Translations under genes and position numbers: made by a program
Notes under the pieces: generated by a model
Told to the model about the DNA's origin: nothing
Databases searched by the model: none
The model's input: the letters and a program-made list of their open reading frames with translations, nothing else
NCBI GenBank assembly: GCA_951406725.2
Contig: OX597816.1
Span: 25,978,001 to 26,042,000, forward strand
Direction: 5' to 3'
Length of the DNA: 64,000 nucleotides
From: Octopus vulgaris
Lineage: Eukaryota
Part shown: positions 39,520 to 55,473 of the stretch, in pieces
Layout of the letters: every line of letters starts with the position of its first letter
Position numbering within the stretch: the stretch's first letter is position 1

Positions 39520-39904
39520 CAAGTGTATATATATGTTAGTTTTAATACAAAAGTATAGAGAAAAAGTCAGTAGTACAGGTAATAGAGTTTATTCAAACAT
39601 TGACAGCTAGTGCTCCATTCATTGCCCCGTTTGTTTCATGCTCGTATTTTAAGGCAAACTGAATAGATTTGGTTTTCAAAAGGAGCAAATAGTTTTTTGG
39701 TACCTTGGCCTATAGCCTGTTGTCTGCTGGACAATTGTAAATGATAGGAACGAATTGCTAGTATTTATGTTTTGTTTCTTTCAGTCATCGGATAGCGGTC
39801 AGCTGGGGCACTGCCTTAAAGTGTTTAGTCCCAAATATCGATCCCAGAACTTATTTTTAAAGTCGGGCACTTATACAATCGCTTCCTTTCCCGAACCGCT
39901 AAGC

Positions 39905-40227
39905 TCGTGCGTTTGTACTGATTTTAACTTTTGGGTTTTAGGGTTAGGGTTGTCATAAATAACAATGACAAACGAAATATACACAACCGGAAGTTCTTGT
40001 TGACAAACAACAGCAGTAATTTTATTCAGCTGAATACACGTCATTGATTGGTTGAAATTACCGAAATACAACTTTAACGTGAAATAACTTCGTAAATATA
40101 AGCTTTTCTCAGAAACGCTAAGAGCAAAAGATATTTTATATGACACATTCTACCAGTGTCCGAAGTTTGAAAGTGTTTAGTTACAAAAAATTATTTTTTA
40201 AATCTGTCGGGCAAAAGTTAAAGATCC
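39905..40227. mobile_element. Partial member of the GGATC-ended MITE family
   Basis: About 40035-40227 matches 24195-24392; ttagggttagggtt at about 39937-39951. Confidence 0.7.
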
Positions 40228-40642
40228 GAAATAAGCTAATGCGCAGCTCATACATTTAATCTCTATAAACAAATCATCAGAGTATTTGTGTTCAGTAGGA
40301 AATTGCAGAACCTTTTTCGGACTCAAAAGACCACAAACATACCGATATATTTAAGACACTTTAAACAAGTGAGTTTACCTCCGGTCTAATATAGAAACAA
40401 TAAATATAAATGAAATACTAGGTTCGATTACATGAAGCCTACTTCCCCTCCCTATAATATGATGTTGCCAAATTTAGCTCAGTAGCAAGGATTTCTCGTT
40501 GTAAGATTCTTTAACGAATTCAGTTCGTCACTTGAGATGTTTTGAATAATATCACAAGCATATTACGATTTACATGGCGATATTTGTTCTAAAGAAGGGT
40601 ACATCCTAATACATACCTATATATATACATATATATATATAC

Positions 40643-41015
40643 TGGCGGCGCAATGGCCCAGTGGTTAAGGCAGCGGATCGCGGTTTCGATTCCCAGACCG
40701 GGCGTTGTGAGTGTTTATTGAGCGAAAACACCTAAAAGTTCCACGAGGCTCCGGCAGGGGATGGTGGTGATCCCTGCTGTACTCTTTCACCACAACTTTC
40801 TCTCACTCTTACTTCCTGTTTCTGTTGTACCTGTATTTCAAAGGGCCGGCCTTGTCACTCTCTGTGTCACGCTGAATATCCCCGAGAATTACGTTAAGAG
40901 TACACGTGTCTGTGGAGTGCTCAGCCACTTACACGTTAATTTCACGAGCAGGCTGTTCCGTTGATTCGGATCAACCGGAACCCTCGTCGTCGTAACCGAC
41001 GGAGTGCTTCCATTC
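40643..41015 (+). mobile_element. SINE family A with tail type 3
   Basis: Nearly identical to 57057-57435. Confidence 0.9.
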
Positions 41016-41317
41016 CATATATACTACCACATATTTACACTTTGCAGACACACAGCCCCACTCCACTCCAACATGTGTGCTTTTGTATGTGTGGTTGTGT
41101 ATATATGTAATGGTAGATCTATGTGTGTGTGTGTTTTGTGGATGTATTTATGTTGTCTTTGATTCGTGTTAACGTTGAATTGTACCCTCTCACCCAAGAG
41201 TAAGCACTAACATGCAGGTCGTTAAAGTGCGGGAAGAAAGGAAGATGAAATATGTTGGTTATGTTTCTGGACGTATTTACTTTCACTTGTCTTCATCAAA
41301 GATTTTATGCCCCTGCA

Positions 41318-41386
<69 letters not shown>

Positions 41387-41475
41387 TCACAAACACACAC
41401 AAATACCCGCACGCACACTTACACATATACGAATATGCATGTACATATATGTAAGCATAAATATATTTCGTCTAT

Positions 41476-41608
<133 letters not shown>

Positions 41609-41738
41609 AGTCTTTATATTTATATAGAAATACATTATGCGTATATATATATATTCACAAATACATACATATGTACATATACATGAACACATACCACACA
41701 CACACAACACACACAAACACACACACAGACACACAAAT

Positions 41739-41801
<63 letters not shown>

Positions 41802-42654
41802 TATGTCCTCGCGTTTTTGTGTATTCTCTTTGTGTTTTCATGTTTGGTTTAACTGTATATGTACATATATATATAAATGTCTACATATATATATACACAC
41901 ACACAATAGACGCATATATATGTATATGTATATATATATATACACAATACACCCATATATATATACATATATATCATATTACATTATATTAAATTAGAGA
42001 TAAAACCATTATTAGGCAAATCATACAGTGAAAAACATAAGCCAATACATAAAATTAATTTAAAAATATAAAAGTTAAAAATTTAAAAATTATTTAAATA
42101 ATTTAAACTTATAAATTTTAAATATATATATACAAATATATATATATGTATGAATATTTTTATATTTATATATTATTTTATTTATTAATTTATTTATTTA
42201 TTATTATTTCTTAATTTTTTATTTATTATATAAATATCAAAAGTATTAAAAGTTTAATAAAAGATATGATATATATATATATAGACAAATTGATAGATAT
42301 ACACTCATATAAGCATATACACATATGTACATGTATATCCATATATCTATAATGTATGTGAGTCTGTGCATTTGTGTATGAATTCTGAATGTGTGCTCTA
42401 TATCTGAAATCACGTGTATTTCCCTTATTACCGACGGGCATGAAGTAATACATTGGACAACGAATTCCTTTTGCAGTTAAACTCAAATTAAATACACCAC
42501 AGTCGTTCTGGTGCCTTCTGTTGCTTTATTTCATCTCGTTCTACAAGACAGGGTATCTCATCTCGTAAGAGTTTACCAGAATTATGCTCAAAGGCGTCCT
42601 ACATTCCATCATCCCATATATTCGTATACATATACGTGTCTATCTGTCTGTCTG

Positions 42655-43322
<668 letters not shown>

Positions 43323-43520
43323 GCGGCGAGCTGGCAGTATCGTTAGCGAGCTGGACGAAATGCTTAGTGGTAGTTCGCCTGTCTCTACGTTCTGAGTTCA
43401 AATTCCGCCGAGGTCGACTTTGCCTTTCATCCTTTCGGGGTCGATAAATTAGCGTGGATGTAATCGACTAATCCTCTTCCAGAATATTTCAGACTTTGTG
43501 TCTATAGTAGAAAGGATTAC
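43323..43520 (+). mobile_element. SINE family B variant
   Basis: Family B head and core with an alternative tail. Confidence 0.8.
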
Positions 43521-43809
43521 TATTGGCATTGTTATTAATGCGGCAGTGGTCTTTTTGATCCTGTGTTCAAATTCCGCCGATGGCGAATTTGACATTTATC
43601 CTGTCGGGGTCGGTAAAATAACTACCAGGTGAACGCAGGTGTCATACTTGGTAGTAGGATGATGAAAATTGTACGCTGAAAAAATAAATGAAACAGCTTT
43701 TCAACTCTGTGTGAATATATGTGTGCGTATGTAAAAGGTGGTATGCAAATGTGTTTGTTTGTATGTTCACGCGCGCGAGTGTGCTGGGGTGTGTGCGTGT
43801 GCGCGCGCA

Positions 43810-44038
43810 CTGGGAGTGGGATGGTTCATCTTTGTTTTGTATTTAGGTCTATTTTTTGATTTGGTTGAATCATGGTTGTTTTTTGTTGGTCAGTTTATTT
43901 TAGCGTTTTTGACAAAAAAATCATTCTAAAATTGTTTTTTTAGCGTAAGCGTGCCCAAGCAAGTCGAATGCTTACACAGAGCATGTTTTACAGCCACGTC
44001 ATCCAAACCGACCGCGTGAAACCGGGCTTAACTGCTAG
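43810..44038 (+). mobile_element. Helitron-like 3' end
   Basis: GC-rich imperfect hairpin ccgcgtgaaaccggg followed by actgCTAG-T, like the other two Helitron ends; 5' boundary uncertain. Confidence 0.45.
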
Positions 44039-44148
<110 letters not shown>

Positions 44149-44342
44149 CAATAAGATATAACATTAATAGATTAAAGATATGCTACATACATTATAATAT
44201 ATGTGGCTCCTTAGGCAAGTTACTAAACAAGGGTACAGAATAGTACCGGCACTTGCTAGAAATAGGAGTCAAAACGACTCAAAATAACTATACAGAGCAC
44301 TAAGCTCATAAGATAAACTCACAAAATGAAGTAAACAAACAT

Positions 44343-44400
44343 ATCCTTATCACGTGCTTTCGAAATCTGATCATTATAATCTTAGTTCTCATCAGAGGAT
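44343..44400 (-). ncRNA. Type I hammerhead ribozyme motif with an intact core
   Basis: Minus strand: atcct-CTGATGA-gaa..ttc-GAAA-gCACGTGa-TA-aggat; perfect 5-bp stem I, palindromic stem III. Confidence 0.75.
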
Positions 44401-44522
44401 CTGACTGGTACTCGGTGTTAAAGACGGTAGTTCGCCTCGTATAATCTCATGAGAAAAGCCTTTGAAACTCTCATGAGTTTGAACGTGACGAGGTACGATC
44501 TTTAACCCGGAGTACCAGTGAG

Positions 44523-44580
44523 ATCCTTAGGTGAGAACTAAGATTATTATGATCAGATTTTGAAATCACATGATAAGGAT
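44523..44580 (+). ncRNA. Inactivated sister hammerhead motif
   Basis: atcct-TAGGTGA-gaa..ttt-GAAA-tcacatga-TA-aggat; core mutated. Confidence 0.6.
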
Positions 44581-44743
44581 ATGTCGTTTTACCTCATCTT
44601 GTGAGTTCATCTCACCATTGAGAGGTGCTTTAAATTCCTCCACTGCTTTCCGTCAATTCATGAGGTTAGTGCCCCGTGTGGCAATTTCGAGTCGTTTTGA
44701 CTCCTATTTCTAGCAATTGCCAGTAATATTTTGTACCCTTGTT

Positions 44744-44826
<83 letters not shown>

Positions 44827-44995
44827 GTATACATATATATATGTATACATATATATACATATATATATGTATATATATATGTATATATATATATATATAT
44901 ATAATATATATGTATATATGTATGAATACCAGTATGTAATCCTGTGTATATGCATGTGAGCTTGTATTTATGTATTTATATATATATCTATATAT

Positions 44996-45145
44996 CACTT
45001 AGCGGTTCGGCAAAAAGCGACCGATAGAATAAGTACTGGGCTTACAAAAAGAATAAGTCCCGGGGTCGAGTTGCTCGACTAAAGGCGGTGCTCCAGCATG
45101 GCCGCAGTCAAATGACTGAAACAAGTAAAAGAGTAAAAGAGTAGA
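44996..45145 (+). mobile_element. SINE family C, 3' half
   Basis: Matches the family C tail. Confidence 0.9.
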
Positions 45146-46039
45146 GTATATGTGTGTGTGTGTAATTATATATATGTATATGTACCTATGTATGTATATA
45201 TGTATGTACATATATACACATTATCAGTCTGCGTTATCTTTTAATAGTTTTTTCTCTCTCCAGACGCATTAAACGCCGTTTAGGACCACGCAATTATCCG
45301 CAATGTACTTCTGAAAAATATTATTAAAATGGTGTACATTTCGTGAAGTTATCTTTGACACTTTAGAAAAACAAATAATTTTTCTGCTCATTAATTAATC
45401 TTTTTCTCGTGGAAAAAACTGCATTCGTTCTTTTGCCCGTTATGTATTGTGTGTGTGTGTGTGTGTGTGTGTGTATTTTCGTGCGTGTGTATTTAAATGG
45501 TGTCTGTATGTGTTTGGATGTACTCATGACTATTTGATGGTCTTTCTAAGTGTGGTTATTTCTCCCTTCCAATTCTTTCTCGCTCTCACTTTCTAAGCAC
45601 TCATAAATGTGTGTGTAGGCGTGTGTGTGTGTGTGTGTGTGTGTGTTTGTGATTGCGTGAGTAAGTGCACCAACAAGAGACCGTTTCGTATACTTATTAA
45701 TGTAGAACTTGTGAATTAAAAGGGGGCAATATTTTAGCGTAAATGTAAATGCAGATACACATAGATTAATATCTAGGTAGACGGATAGACAAAATTAATA
45801 GGTAAGTAAGCAAATGGGGCGATGAATAGAGAAAGAGAGAGAAATGGAGAAAGGAGAAAGAAAGGGAGAGAGACCAGGGAGAGAGGGAGGAACAGATGTA
45901 TATTAATGGATGGATAAATGAGTGGATGTATGTTCGCGTGGATGGATCGATGGACGGTTGATCAGACTGATTTATAGACAAAGAGAATATGCTGTCATGC
46001 TCGTGTAAATCGAAGCAGTTCATTACTAATTTTTGTTTT

Positions 46040-46342
46040 CGCCCTTTTCAAGCCTGGCCAGGCTCATGGGCGCGGTTTCCTGGTTTCTATGGCGTATGTG
46101 TTCCACCCAGCTGGACGGGACGCCAGTCCATCGCAGCGTTACTCAAGAAACAGGAAGAAAGAGTGAGAGAAAGTTGGGGTGAAAGAGTACAACAGGGGTC
46201 ATCACCAACCCCTGCCGGAGCCTCGTGGAGCTTTTAGGTGTTCTCGCTCAATAAACACACACAACGCCCGGTCTGGGAATCGAAACCGCGATCCTCCAAC
46301 AGCGAGTCCGCTGCCCTAACCACTGGGCTATTGCTCCTACTC
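46040..46342 (-). mobile_element. SINE family A (tail type 1)
   Basis: Full-length match; cattactaa at both flanks (TSD-like). Confidence 0.9.
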
Positions 46343-46469
46343 ATTACTAAATAAGACTAATTAAAGTTTTAAATTCCTCTAGAGAAATTTGAGATGCAAG
46401 TACACATACGCACATACGTGTGTGCGTTAGTGTGTTTGTGTGTGTGTGTGTGTGTGTGGGTGTGTGTGT

Positions 46470-46960
46470 GATGGCTGTCCAATCGCGATGGAAGAAGACC
46501 ATCACAGACCATCGACTATGCAAAATGCCAGAAACGCCCATGCATGAGTTTATTGCACCTACCGTCCACTCCACCTGAGTTCTCGCCCGCGACGACGCCC
46601 ACCTACTCCACCGGGCGTTAGAAGTTCACCTTACAGGCAATTGCACAACCTAAAATTTCAGGTCCAGTAAGGCTTGCAGAAATCCTCGCATATCCTCTCC
46701 AGAAACTGACATAATCCAGAGATAAACCCGGTCAAGATATCCAGTGCGAATATGGGTCGCAGGCTCAGGAGTGCAGAAGCGCCATGATCTCATGCTCAAA
46801 TCATAAGATCACCAAAATGTTCAAAGACATTCCCTGCATATCCGGTTTTATATCAATATGACATCCTAGAAATGCTTTAACAAAAGCTGAGGAGTCTCTC
46901 AGTGGTCTTCCTGCATTCCAGACTCAAACCCGGAATTTCTTAGATGTCCATGCAGTATGA
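46470..46960 (-). mobile_element. Possible degraded APE-endonuclease region of an L1/Tx1 LINE
   Basis: Minus strand SWRFCTP..T..GYLDRVY followed by GRFWHFA*SMVCD, resembling WR..P..LDR.Y and G.W.FN.SLL.D; weak. Confidence 0.35.
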
Positions 46961-47740
46961 GAGGACTGCTGCTTTCATTCACGGTGATGATGCTACAATT
47001 TTTTTAAACCGCCGAAATTTGCCGATATTAGCCGTCAGTGGCTCTCGCAGCAATAACGATATTTTAACAGAAATATAGTAGGTTTTCTGTATATATATTT
47101 GTATCTGTGCGCATATATGCATTAAGAGTTTATTAGTTCTATATCGAATGATAGTTCATACTCTCTTAGTATATGTCTTTAGTCACGTATCAAACGTATA
47201 TCCCACTGAACTATAAGTGCAATAAAATCTCATTTTAATGGAGCACGGAGTAACGAAATACACTGGAATAATAATGTAATTCTATACTATAAATATTATC
47301 ACGACAAAATACACGCCAGTGAAATTGTCAGGACAGGACATAAATATTGTCTATTCTTTATTTTAATTTGATAATTATACATTGAGCAGTAGCGTGTCCT
47401 GTTTGAATTTTTTTAACATTAAATCAATAAAATTCTCGTAGGGAACCTTGAAGTAAAAGTATTATCAAAGTATACACACGCGTGTAGATATATATATTCA
47501 TTCATACATACATACATACATACATACATACATACATCCATACATACATACATACATACATACATACATACATACATACATACATACATACATACATTGC
47601 TCCGTTCCATGTATAAACAATGACATAACATATACTGAATGTAAAAGCAAACAGGAGACGAACAGAAAGTTCATAATTCTTCATCAGTTATTGACCAATG
47701 ATACCTCTCAGTTTTGTACCGCTACACACACACACACACA

Positions 47741-47885
<145 letters not shown>

Positions 47886-48858
47886 TGTGTGTGTGTGTTG
47901 TTTTCTGTTTCTAATTATTTATATTCTTTCTCTGAAGAAGGAGCTGGTTTCCAAAAACGATACAAAGTTCCACCATTAAGATGTAGATAACGAAAAAAAA
48001 ACGTCACGTTTTAATCTTGAGAAAAGTCTTGCATATTTTTACTTTTCCACTTATTGACTTTAATGACTTTAATTGTAATGTGTGATTGATTTCTTTTTCC
48101 GAAAATCCAAGCTCATCCACACTGTCAGTTAGACATGTACACAGAAAACCAAGTGCACCAATTATTATTGTTGTAAATGTAAATTTATAATTTGAATATA
48201 GAAGCTGGAGGTTTTAAAGTACCTGTCCATAGTCTATCCATGTATGTATGTATGTATGTATATATGTATGTATGTATGTATATATGTATATATGTATGTA
48301 TGTATGTATGTATATATGTATGTATGTATGTATGTAACCATAATTACACGTTTCTTGTAAACAGTTGAAAAAAGTATTTCGACGGGTAATGGAATAAATT
48401 TCACGAAGTATTCATCATTTACTGCAGTTTTGACATTAACAGATACATCCTTACTCTGTTAACTATCGGTTAAATCGATCGTTTACTGTAATATACAAGC
48501 GAAAGCATGAGGAATGTCCAAAGGATTGTGGGGAACCTATCCGCGTCTAATGAGACAGAACATGGTTCTTTTGAGCTGAGAATAATATTTAATGTTTAAC
48601 GTTACCGGATGGTTAGTGTTTCAGAAACGGTGGTTTTCTCCCTTATTTCTGGCTGCTCCTGATAAGCCTTCTTTTTCGAAACTATGATGGTGATAACGTC
48701 CGGCATCTTAAGCCCATGAAACTCTTCTCTACATGGACGCATTAAAGAATACACATTGGAATGGTACTTTTAGCGCCTTTCTTCAACAATTTTCAGCGTA
48801 TGTCAAAACATCATTTTGTTTACCGGAAATACAAAGCTGTAATATATAACCTGAATCA

Positions 48859-49090
48859 GGCGGCGAGCTGGCAGAAACGTTAGCACGCCGGGTGAAATGC
48901 GTAGCCGTATTTTGTCTGCCGTTACGTTCTGAGTTCAAATTCCGCCGATGTCGACTTTGCCTTTCATCCTTTCGGGGTCGATAAATTAAGTACCAGTTAC
49001 GCACTGGGGTCGATATAATCGACTTAATCCGTTTGTCTGTCCTCGTTTGTCCCCTCTGCGGTTAGCCCCTTGTGGGTAGTAAAGAAATAT
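48859..49090 (+). mobile_element. SINE family B
   Basis: Full-length; atatata..ctgaatca repeated on both flanks. Confidence 0.9.
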
Positions 49091-49417
49091 ATATACTGAA
49101 TCACTGTAATATAGTGCATTTTATGAAACTTGTAGTAAAATATCAAATCTGCTCGGTGAGAAGCAAACTTACAAAGACATAATGAATCCCTGCTGAGCTG
49201 TGATGACATCAAAACCATTCGGTCGGATACTCTATATCCTAAGACTGCCTAAACGGCTCTCAGGAGCGATTTTTGCAGCGAGGCAAAAGGATTTGATTCA
49301 GTACATTTATCTGTTCAAATCCCACGCTGTGTTAAAGTAGGTATAATTATTTTTATTTAACTTTTTTTTTGTATATGTATTCTGATCATCATCATCGTCG
49401 TCGTCATCATCATCATC

Positions 49418-49480
<63 letters not shown>

Positions 49481-49481
<1 letters not shown>

Positions 49482-49643
49482 CAGGAGTGGCTGTGTGGTA
49501 AGTAGCTTGCTAACCAACCACATGGTTCCAGGTTCAGTTTGCACTGCGTGGCATCTTGGGCAAGTGTCTTCTGCTATAGCCCCGGGCCGACCAATGCCTT
49601 GTGAGTGGATTTGGTAGACGGAAACTGAAAGAAGCCTGTCGTA

Positions 49644-49712
<69 letters not shown>

Positions 49713-49926
49713 ATGTGTTTGTGTGTCTGTGTTTGTCCCCCTAGCATTGCTTGACAACCGATGCTGGTGTGTTTACGTCCCCGTCACTTAGCGGTTCGGC
49801 AAAAGAGACCGGTAGAATAAGTACTGGGCTTACAAAGAATAAGTCCCGGGGTCGATTTGCTCGACTAAAGGCGGTGCTCCAGCATGGCCGCAGTCAAATG
49901 ACTGAAACAAGTAAAAGAGTAAAAGA

Positions 49927-49928
<2 letters not shown>
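49481..49928 (+). mobile_element. SINE family C
   Basis: Full-length with an expanded internal (TA)n. Confidence 0.92.
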
Positions 49929-49979
<51 letters not shown>

Positions 49980-50129
49980 CACGCATGCGCACACATGCAC
50001 ACACATATGTATATGTATATCCAACATTTATCTGTCATTCACATTTCTTACTCATCATTTCGAGAGAAAAAATCTTACACTCCCTTCTATCACGACCATC
50101 ATCATTATTCCACTTACAGTCGTTTACAT

Positions 50130-51055
<926 letters not shown>

Positions 51056-51602
51056 ATGCAGCTAATACTACTGCTCTTGTTATTTTTAACTGGTGCTTTT
51101 TACTCAGGTTTATAATGCCACAAATTGACATTTGCTTTCCTGCAACGACTCAAACTAGACTATGTTGGCAATACCCTAAGAAACCGATGACTAACGCTGT
51201 GTTTCCCTCTCGTCAAAAAATTTCCATCATTATCATCATCCCCCACGACTTCAATAACAGCATCAGCAGCCCCAGTAGCAGTAATAGCGCCAATAACACC
51301 ACCGTGAAAGCAACCTTTGGGATCGACATCTTTGTGATAACCAATATATTCGACATCTTTGTGGTAATCAATAAAGAGTTTAAAAATGCTGATTTTATAG
51401 TTTTAATTTTTAAAAGACCTAAAAGAGGCTGATTTCATAGTTTTGACCTTTTTTAGGTTTATAACAGCTTTTAGATCCCAAAAAGGGTAAAAAAAAATTT
51501 TTTTTTTAAAACTCAAATGAAACACAATATTAGTGTTAAACTAAAAAAAAGTTATTGATAAAGTGACCGTAAAAAAAAATTAAAAAATGAAAAACATGAT
51601 AT

Positions 51603-52012
51603 GGCGCAGGAGTGGCTGTGTGGTAAGTAGCTTGCTAACCAACCACATGGTTCTGGGTTCAGTCCCACTGCGTGGCATTTTGGGCAAGTGTCTTCTGCTA
51701 TAGCCCTGGGCCGACCAATGCCTTGTGAGTGGATTTGGTAGACGGAAACTGAAAGAAGCCTGTCGTATATATGTATATATATATGTATGTGTGTGTGTGT
51801 TTGTGTGTCTGTGTTTGTCCCCCTAGCATTGCTTGACAACCGATGCTGGTGTGTGTTTACGTCCCCGTCATCTAGCGGTTCGGCAAAAGAGGCCGATAGA
51901 ATAAGTACTGGGCTTACAAAGAATAAGTCCCGGGGTCGATTTGCTCGACTAAAGGCGGTGCTCCAGCATGGCCGCAGTCAAATGACTGAAACAAGTAAAA
52001 GAGTAAAAGAGT
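51603..52012 (+). mobile_element. SINE family C
   Basis: Full-length. Confidence 0.92.
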
Positions 52013-52627
52013 ATATATATACATAATTTAATTTTTCCTCTTCTTCTCGTTCTCCATTTTGTTTATGAGATGAATGTTGCCCATCATGAAAGTGAGCATG
52101 TCAAAGTTTTCATCAGACAAGATTCAATGTTTGTTCAAATGAATAGATTTTTCTTGACGATGACAACAAAATCGTATATTGTAATATAAGAAGACCAAGA
52201 TGAAAGAGAGCGATGATATATTTAATCAAACATACATAAAATAATAAAGATACATGCTTTCATAATTGCATACATAGATAAAGATCTGCGTGGGAAGTCG
52301 TATAGGCAAATGTATTGCATAAGTTTATATTACAAAAAAAAAAATACATCGTAATAGTTTAGTCGTTTGTTTACTTCGTTTAAACTGAATCTTACTGCTA
52401 GACCCCTCCTAACCTTAAAACCACTGGGACTGGCCAGACTGCAGCAATCTCGAGTATAACCAGCCAAAATTGCAAAGATAATCTGGAACTCGACTAAGGA
52501 AAGAAAACTCCGATGGACCCGTCTTTGCTTTTTTGTATCGTTTGTCTGGATGTTTTGTTGTCCCCTTTTTTGTATCACCTGTCTGGATGTTTTGCGTTCT
52601 TGTCCCATTTTTGTATTCTTTATATAC

Positions 52628-52687
<60 letters not shown>

Positions 52688-52841
52688 GTATATGCATATG
52701 TCCAAACATATATGTATATATGTATATGTATTTAATTAGGTAATTATACATACATGCAAATATATATATATATATATTATATTATTTGATTGAACGCCAC
52801 ACCTCCATTTCCAAATAATTTTATGTATGTATGTATGTATG

Positions 52842-52875
<34 letters not shown>

Positions 52876-53169
52876 TGTATGTATGTATGTATGTATGATG
52901 TATTTTTTGTAATATAAACTTAAACAATTCATTTGCCTATACGACTTCCCACGCAGATCTTTATCTATGTATGCAATTATGAAAGTATGTATCTTTATTA
53001 TCTGTCTGTCTTTCTATCTCTCTCTCTCCCACACACACACATACACATACTCAATTGGTTTCTTCGTTTCCCTGCTTCCTGTGTACTCAAAAACCAGTTG
53101 ACTAACTTGAATCTTGTCCATGGATCATTGGTGGCGGTCACGTCTTTGGCACCATGAAAAAGTTACAAA

Positions 53170-53915
53170 CATTGTTGTTGATCAATGAGAAATAGTAAAT
53201 TATCCAGTCGAGTCTTTAAACTCATTGGGACTATCAAGTTTACCTCCTGTAAACTTGGTCTGAATCTTGGAGTACCTATTATGTTTCTAAGAAATTTGAA
53301 TCTTCCAAAATTGTACACTGGGACAACACTAATTGGGAAGAAGATGATTTATTTATGCGCCCTTTTAAAACCTAGCCAGGCTCATGGGCGCGGTTTCCCG
53401 GTTTCTATGGCGTATGTGTTCCTCCCAGCTGGACAGGACGCCAGTCCATCGTAGCGTTACTCAAGAAACAGGAAGAAAGAATGAGAGAAAGTTGGGGCGA
53501 AAGAATACAACAGGGGTCGCCACCACCTCCTGCCAGAGCCTGGTGGAGCTTTAGATGTTTTCGCTCAATAAACACACACACAACACCCGGTCTGGGAATC
53601 GAAACCGCGATCCTCCGACCGGGAGTCCGCTGCCCTAACCACTGAGCCATTGCGCCTTCACGGAAGAAAATGATGCTGTATTTTATAGAAGCTACTATAT
53701 TCTCTGGGTGTGGAGCAGGTGATAATGTATTCATTTCAAGAATTCCGTTTATACCTATAGATCTACAAGTGCAGCTTAAAAGTGTAAAGTTTCCAGTTAG
53801 ATTAAGTAATGCAATGTCCACCAATAAATCTCAGGAACAGACATCATAAGTAAGTGGCTTTCATTTAGAAGAAACTTTACGTCTAAATGCACAGTTGTAT
53901 GTTGGATGCTCAATT
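53170..53915 (+). mobile_element. Helitron RepHel PIF1-type helicase C-terminal remnant, interrupted by a SINE
   Basis: NYPVESLNSL..LPP..L.L..GVPIMFLRNL..IEATI..G..VFISRIP..FPVRL..AMSTNKSQ.QT..QLYVGCS matches Helitron helicase motifs (FPVRL.FAMTINKSQGQT, HGQLYV); stops and frameshift. Confidence 0.9.
53349..53661 (-). mobile_element. SINE family A (tail type 1)
   Basis: 13-bp TSD ggaagaa(g/a)atgat at 53336-53348 and 53662-53674. Confidence 0.92.
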
Positions 53916-54136
53916 ATACTCCAGTGGGGATATTTCATAATGCTGTATATAAAGAAGTCTTATCATAATTTACTCTATGTACTTTTTATCTAAGTTAACT
54001 GTGGTTGATCTCACACAATTTGTAGTAAGGCCAATAATGTTAGAATCATTAATCACAATAAGTATTAAGAATATATATCAAGTTTAGAATGAAATTTCAT
54101 TCTGCTATTTATTCTTTAATCCGAGAACTTCTGCTA

Positions 54137-54605
54137 AAACATACATACATCAGGCATTCATGCATACATACATACATACATACATACATACATACATACA
54201 TACATACATACATACATACACACATACATACGTACGTACGTACATACATACATACATCATACATACATACATACATCATACATACATACATACATACATA
54301 CATACATACATACATACATACATACATACATACATACATACATACATACATACATACATACATGCATACATACATACATATATGCATACATTACATACGT
54401 ACATACATACATTACATACATGCATACATACATACATTACATACATACATGCATACATGCATACATACATGCATACATGCATACATACATACATACATTT
54501 CGTACATACATTTCGTACATACATACATACATGCATACATACATACATACATACATACATACATACATACATACATACATACATACATACATACATACAT
54601 ACATA
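54137..54605. repeat. (TACA)n tract
   Basis: Directly visible. Confidence 0.95.
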
Positions 54606-55219
54606 GACACACACATGTGCATTGCATGTACATTGTCTGTATATATACACATGTAATACAATGTGGAACAGATCAAACAATTAATAATAAATTCTCTGTA
54701 CGATTATATTACAAAACCTTTCTATAGAGCAAGACTGGGTGTATGTTCTTGATATTTAATTACAGTCACTGGACCGTGACCTCCCTGCGCACCGCCTTTT
54801 AAGGTATAGACTGCTACAATGAATCGGGCACTCACTTCAATGTCCTGAAAATAATAACAAAATGGTCCTGGGTGGTATTTGAATTGGCAACATAAAGGGA
54901 TATTACTACAATTTATCATGTGTTACTGTTTAACTTTAAGTGGGATCTGCTTGAATAGACTTATAATCAAAGCGTTCCAGCTATTTGCAGATGATTGATT
55001 CGTGATAAAAGTAAGTAAAGCATGACGGTTTGATGAACAAGTTTTTTAGTTACCATATGGATCCGTGTTCTGTCGCACTGCGAAGCTATGATACCACTTA
55101 TTTTGTACCAAAAATCTTTTACCCTCGAGTTAACCATTAAATTGAGAAATATGTGTGCTTGATCTATGTTCAACGGAAGCCTTTTCATGTCTAAGACATT
55201 TTTGCTTTATCTGGTATTA

Positions 55220-55473
55220 TTCTTTTGCGCCCTTTTTAAAGCCTAGCCAGGCTCATAGGCCTGGTTTCCCGGTTTCTATGGCGTATGTGTTCCTCAGCTT
55301 GATGGAACGCCACTCCATCGCAGCGTTACTCATTTTTGCCAGCTGAGTGGACTGGAGCATGGTGAAATGAAGTGTTTTGCTCAAGAACACAACACGTCGA
55401 CCGGTCCAGGAATCGAAACCACAATCTTACGATCATGATGCTGACACCCTAACCATTAAGCCACGGGCTTCCA
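55220..55473 (-). mobile_element. SINE family D
   Basis: Matches 21865-22105; TSD ctttatctggtatta at 55205-55219 and 55474-55488. Confidence 0.9.

Larger units (their letters stand above)
44224..44745. mobile_element. Palindromic (head-to-head) pair of Penelope-like terminal repeats
   Basis: Left arm 44224 to about 44450 is the diverged reverse complement of about 44470-44745; each arm contains a hammerhead motif; microsatellites on both flanks. Confidence 0.75.

Noticed and set aside
40376-40410. Possible 7-nt minus-strand microexon and nearby plus-strand GTGAGT donor
   Set aside because: Such signals occur often by chance in AT-rich DNA, and no host gene context is visible
42050-42240. 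Almost pure A/T stretch as an origin or unwinding element
   Set aside because: Indistinguishable from decayed (TA)n/(TTTA)n in this genome
48500-49330. Moderately complex unique-looking DNA as a coding exon or pseudogene
   Set aside because: Manual translation gave frequent stops and no recognisable motif
53170-53915. Host PIF1 helicase gene
   Set aside because: Intronless, with stops, a frameshift and a SINE insertion; motifs fit a Helitron RepHel remnant
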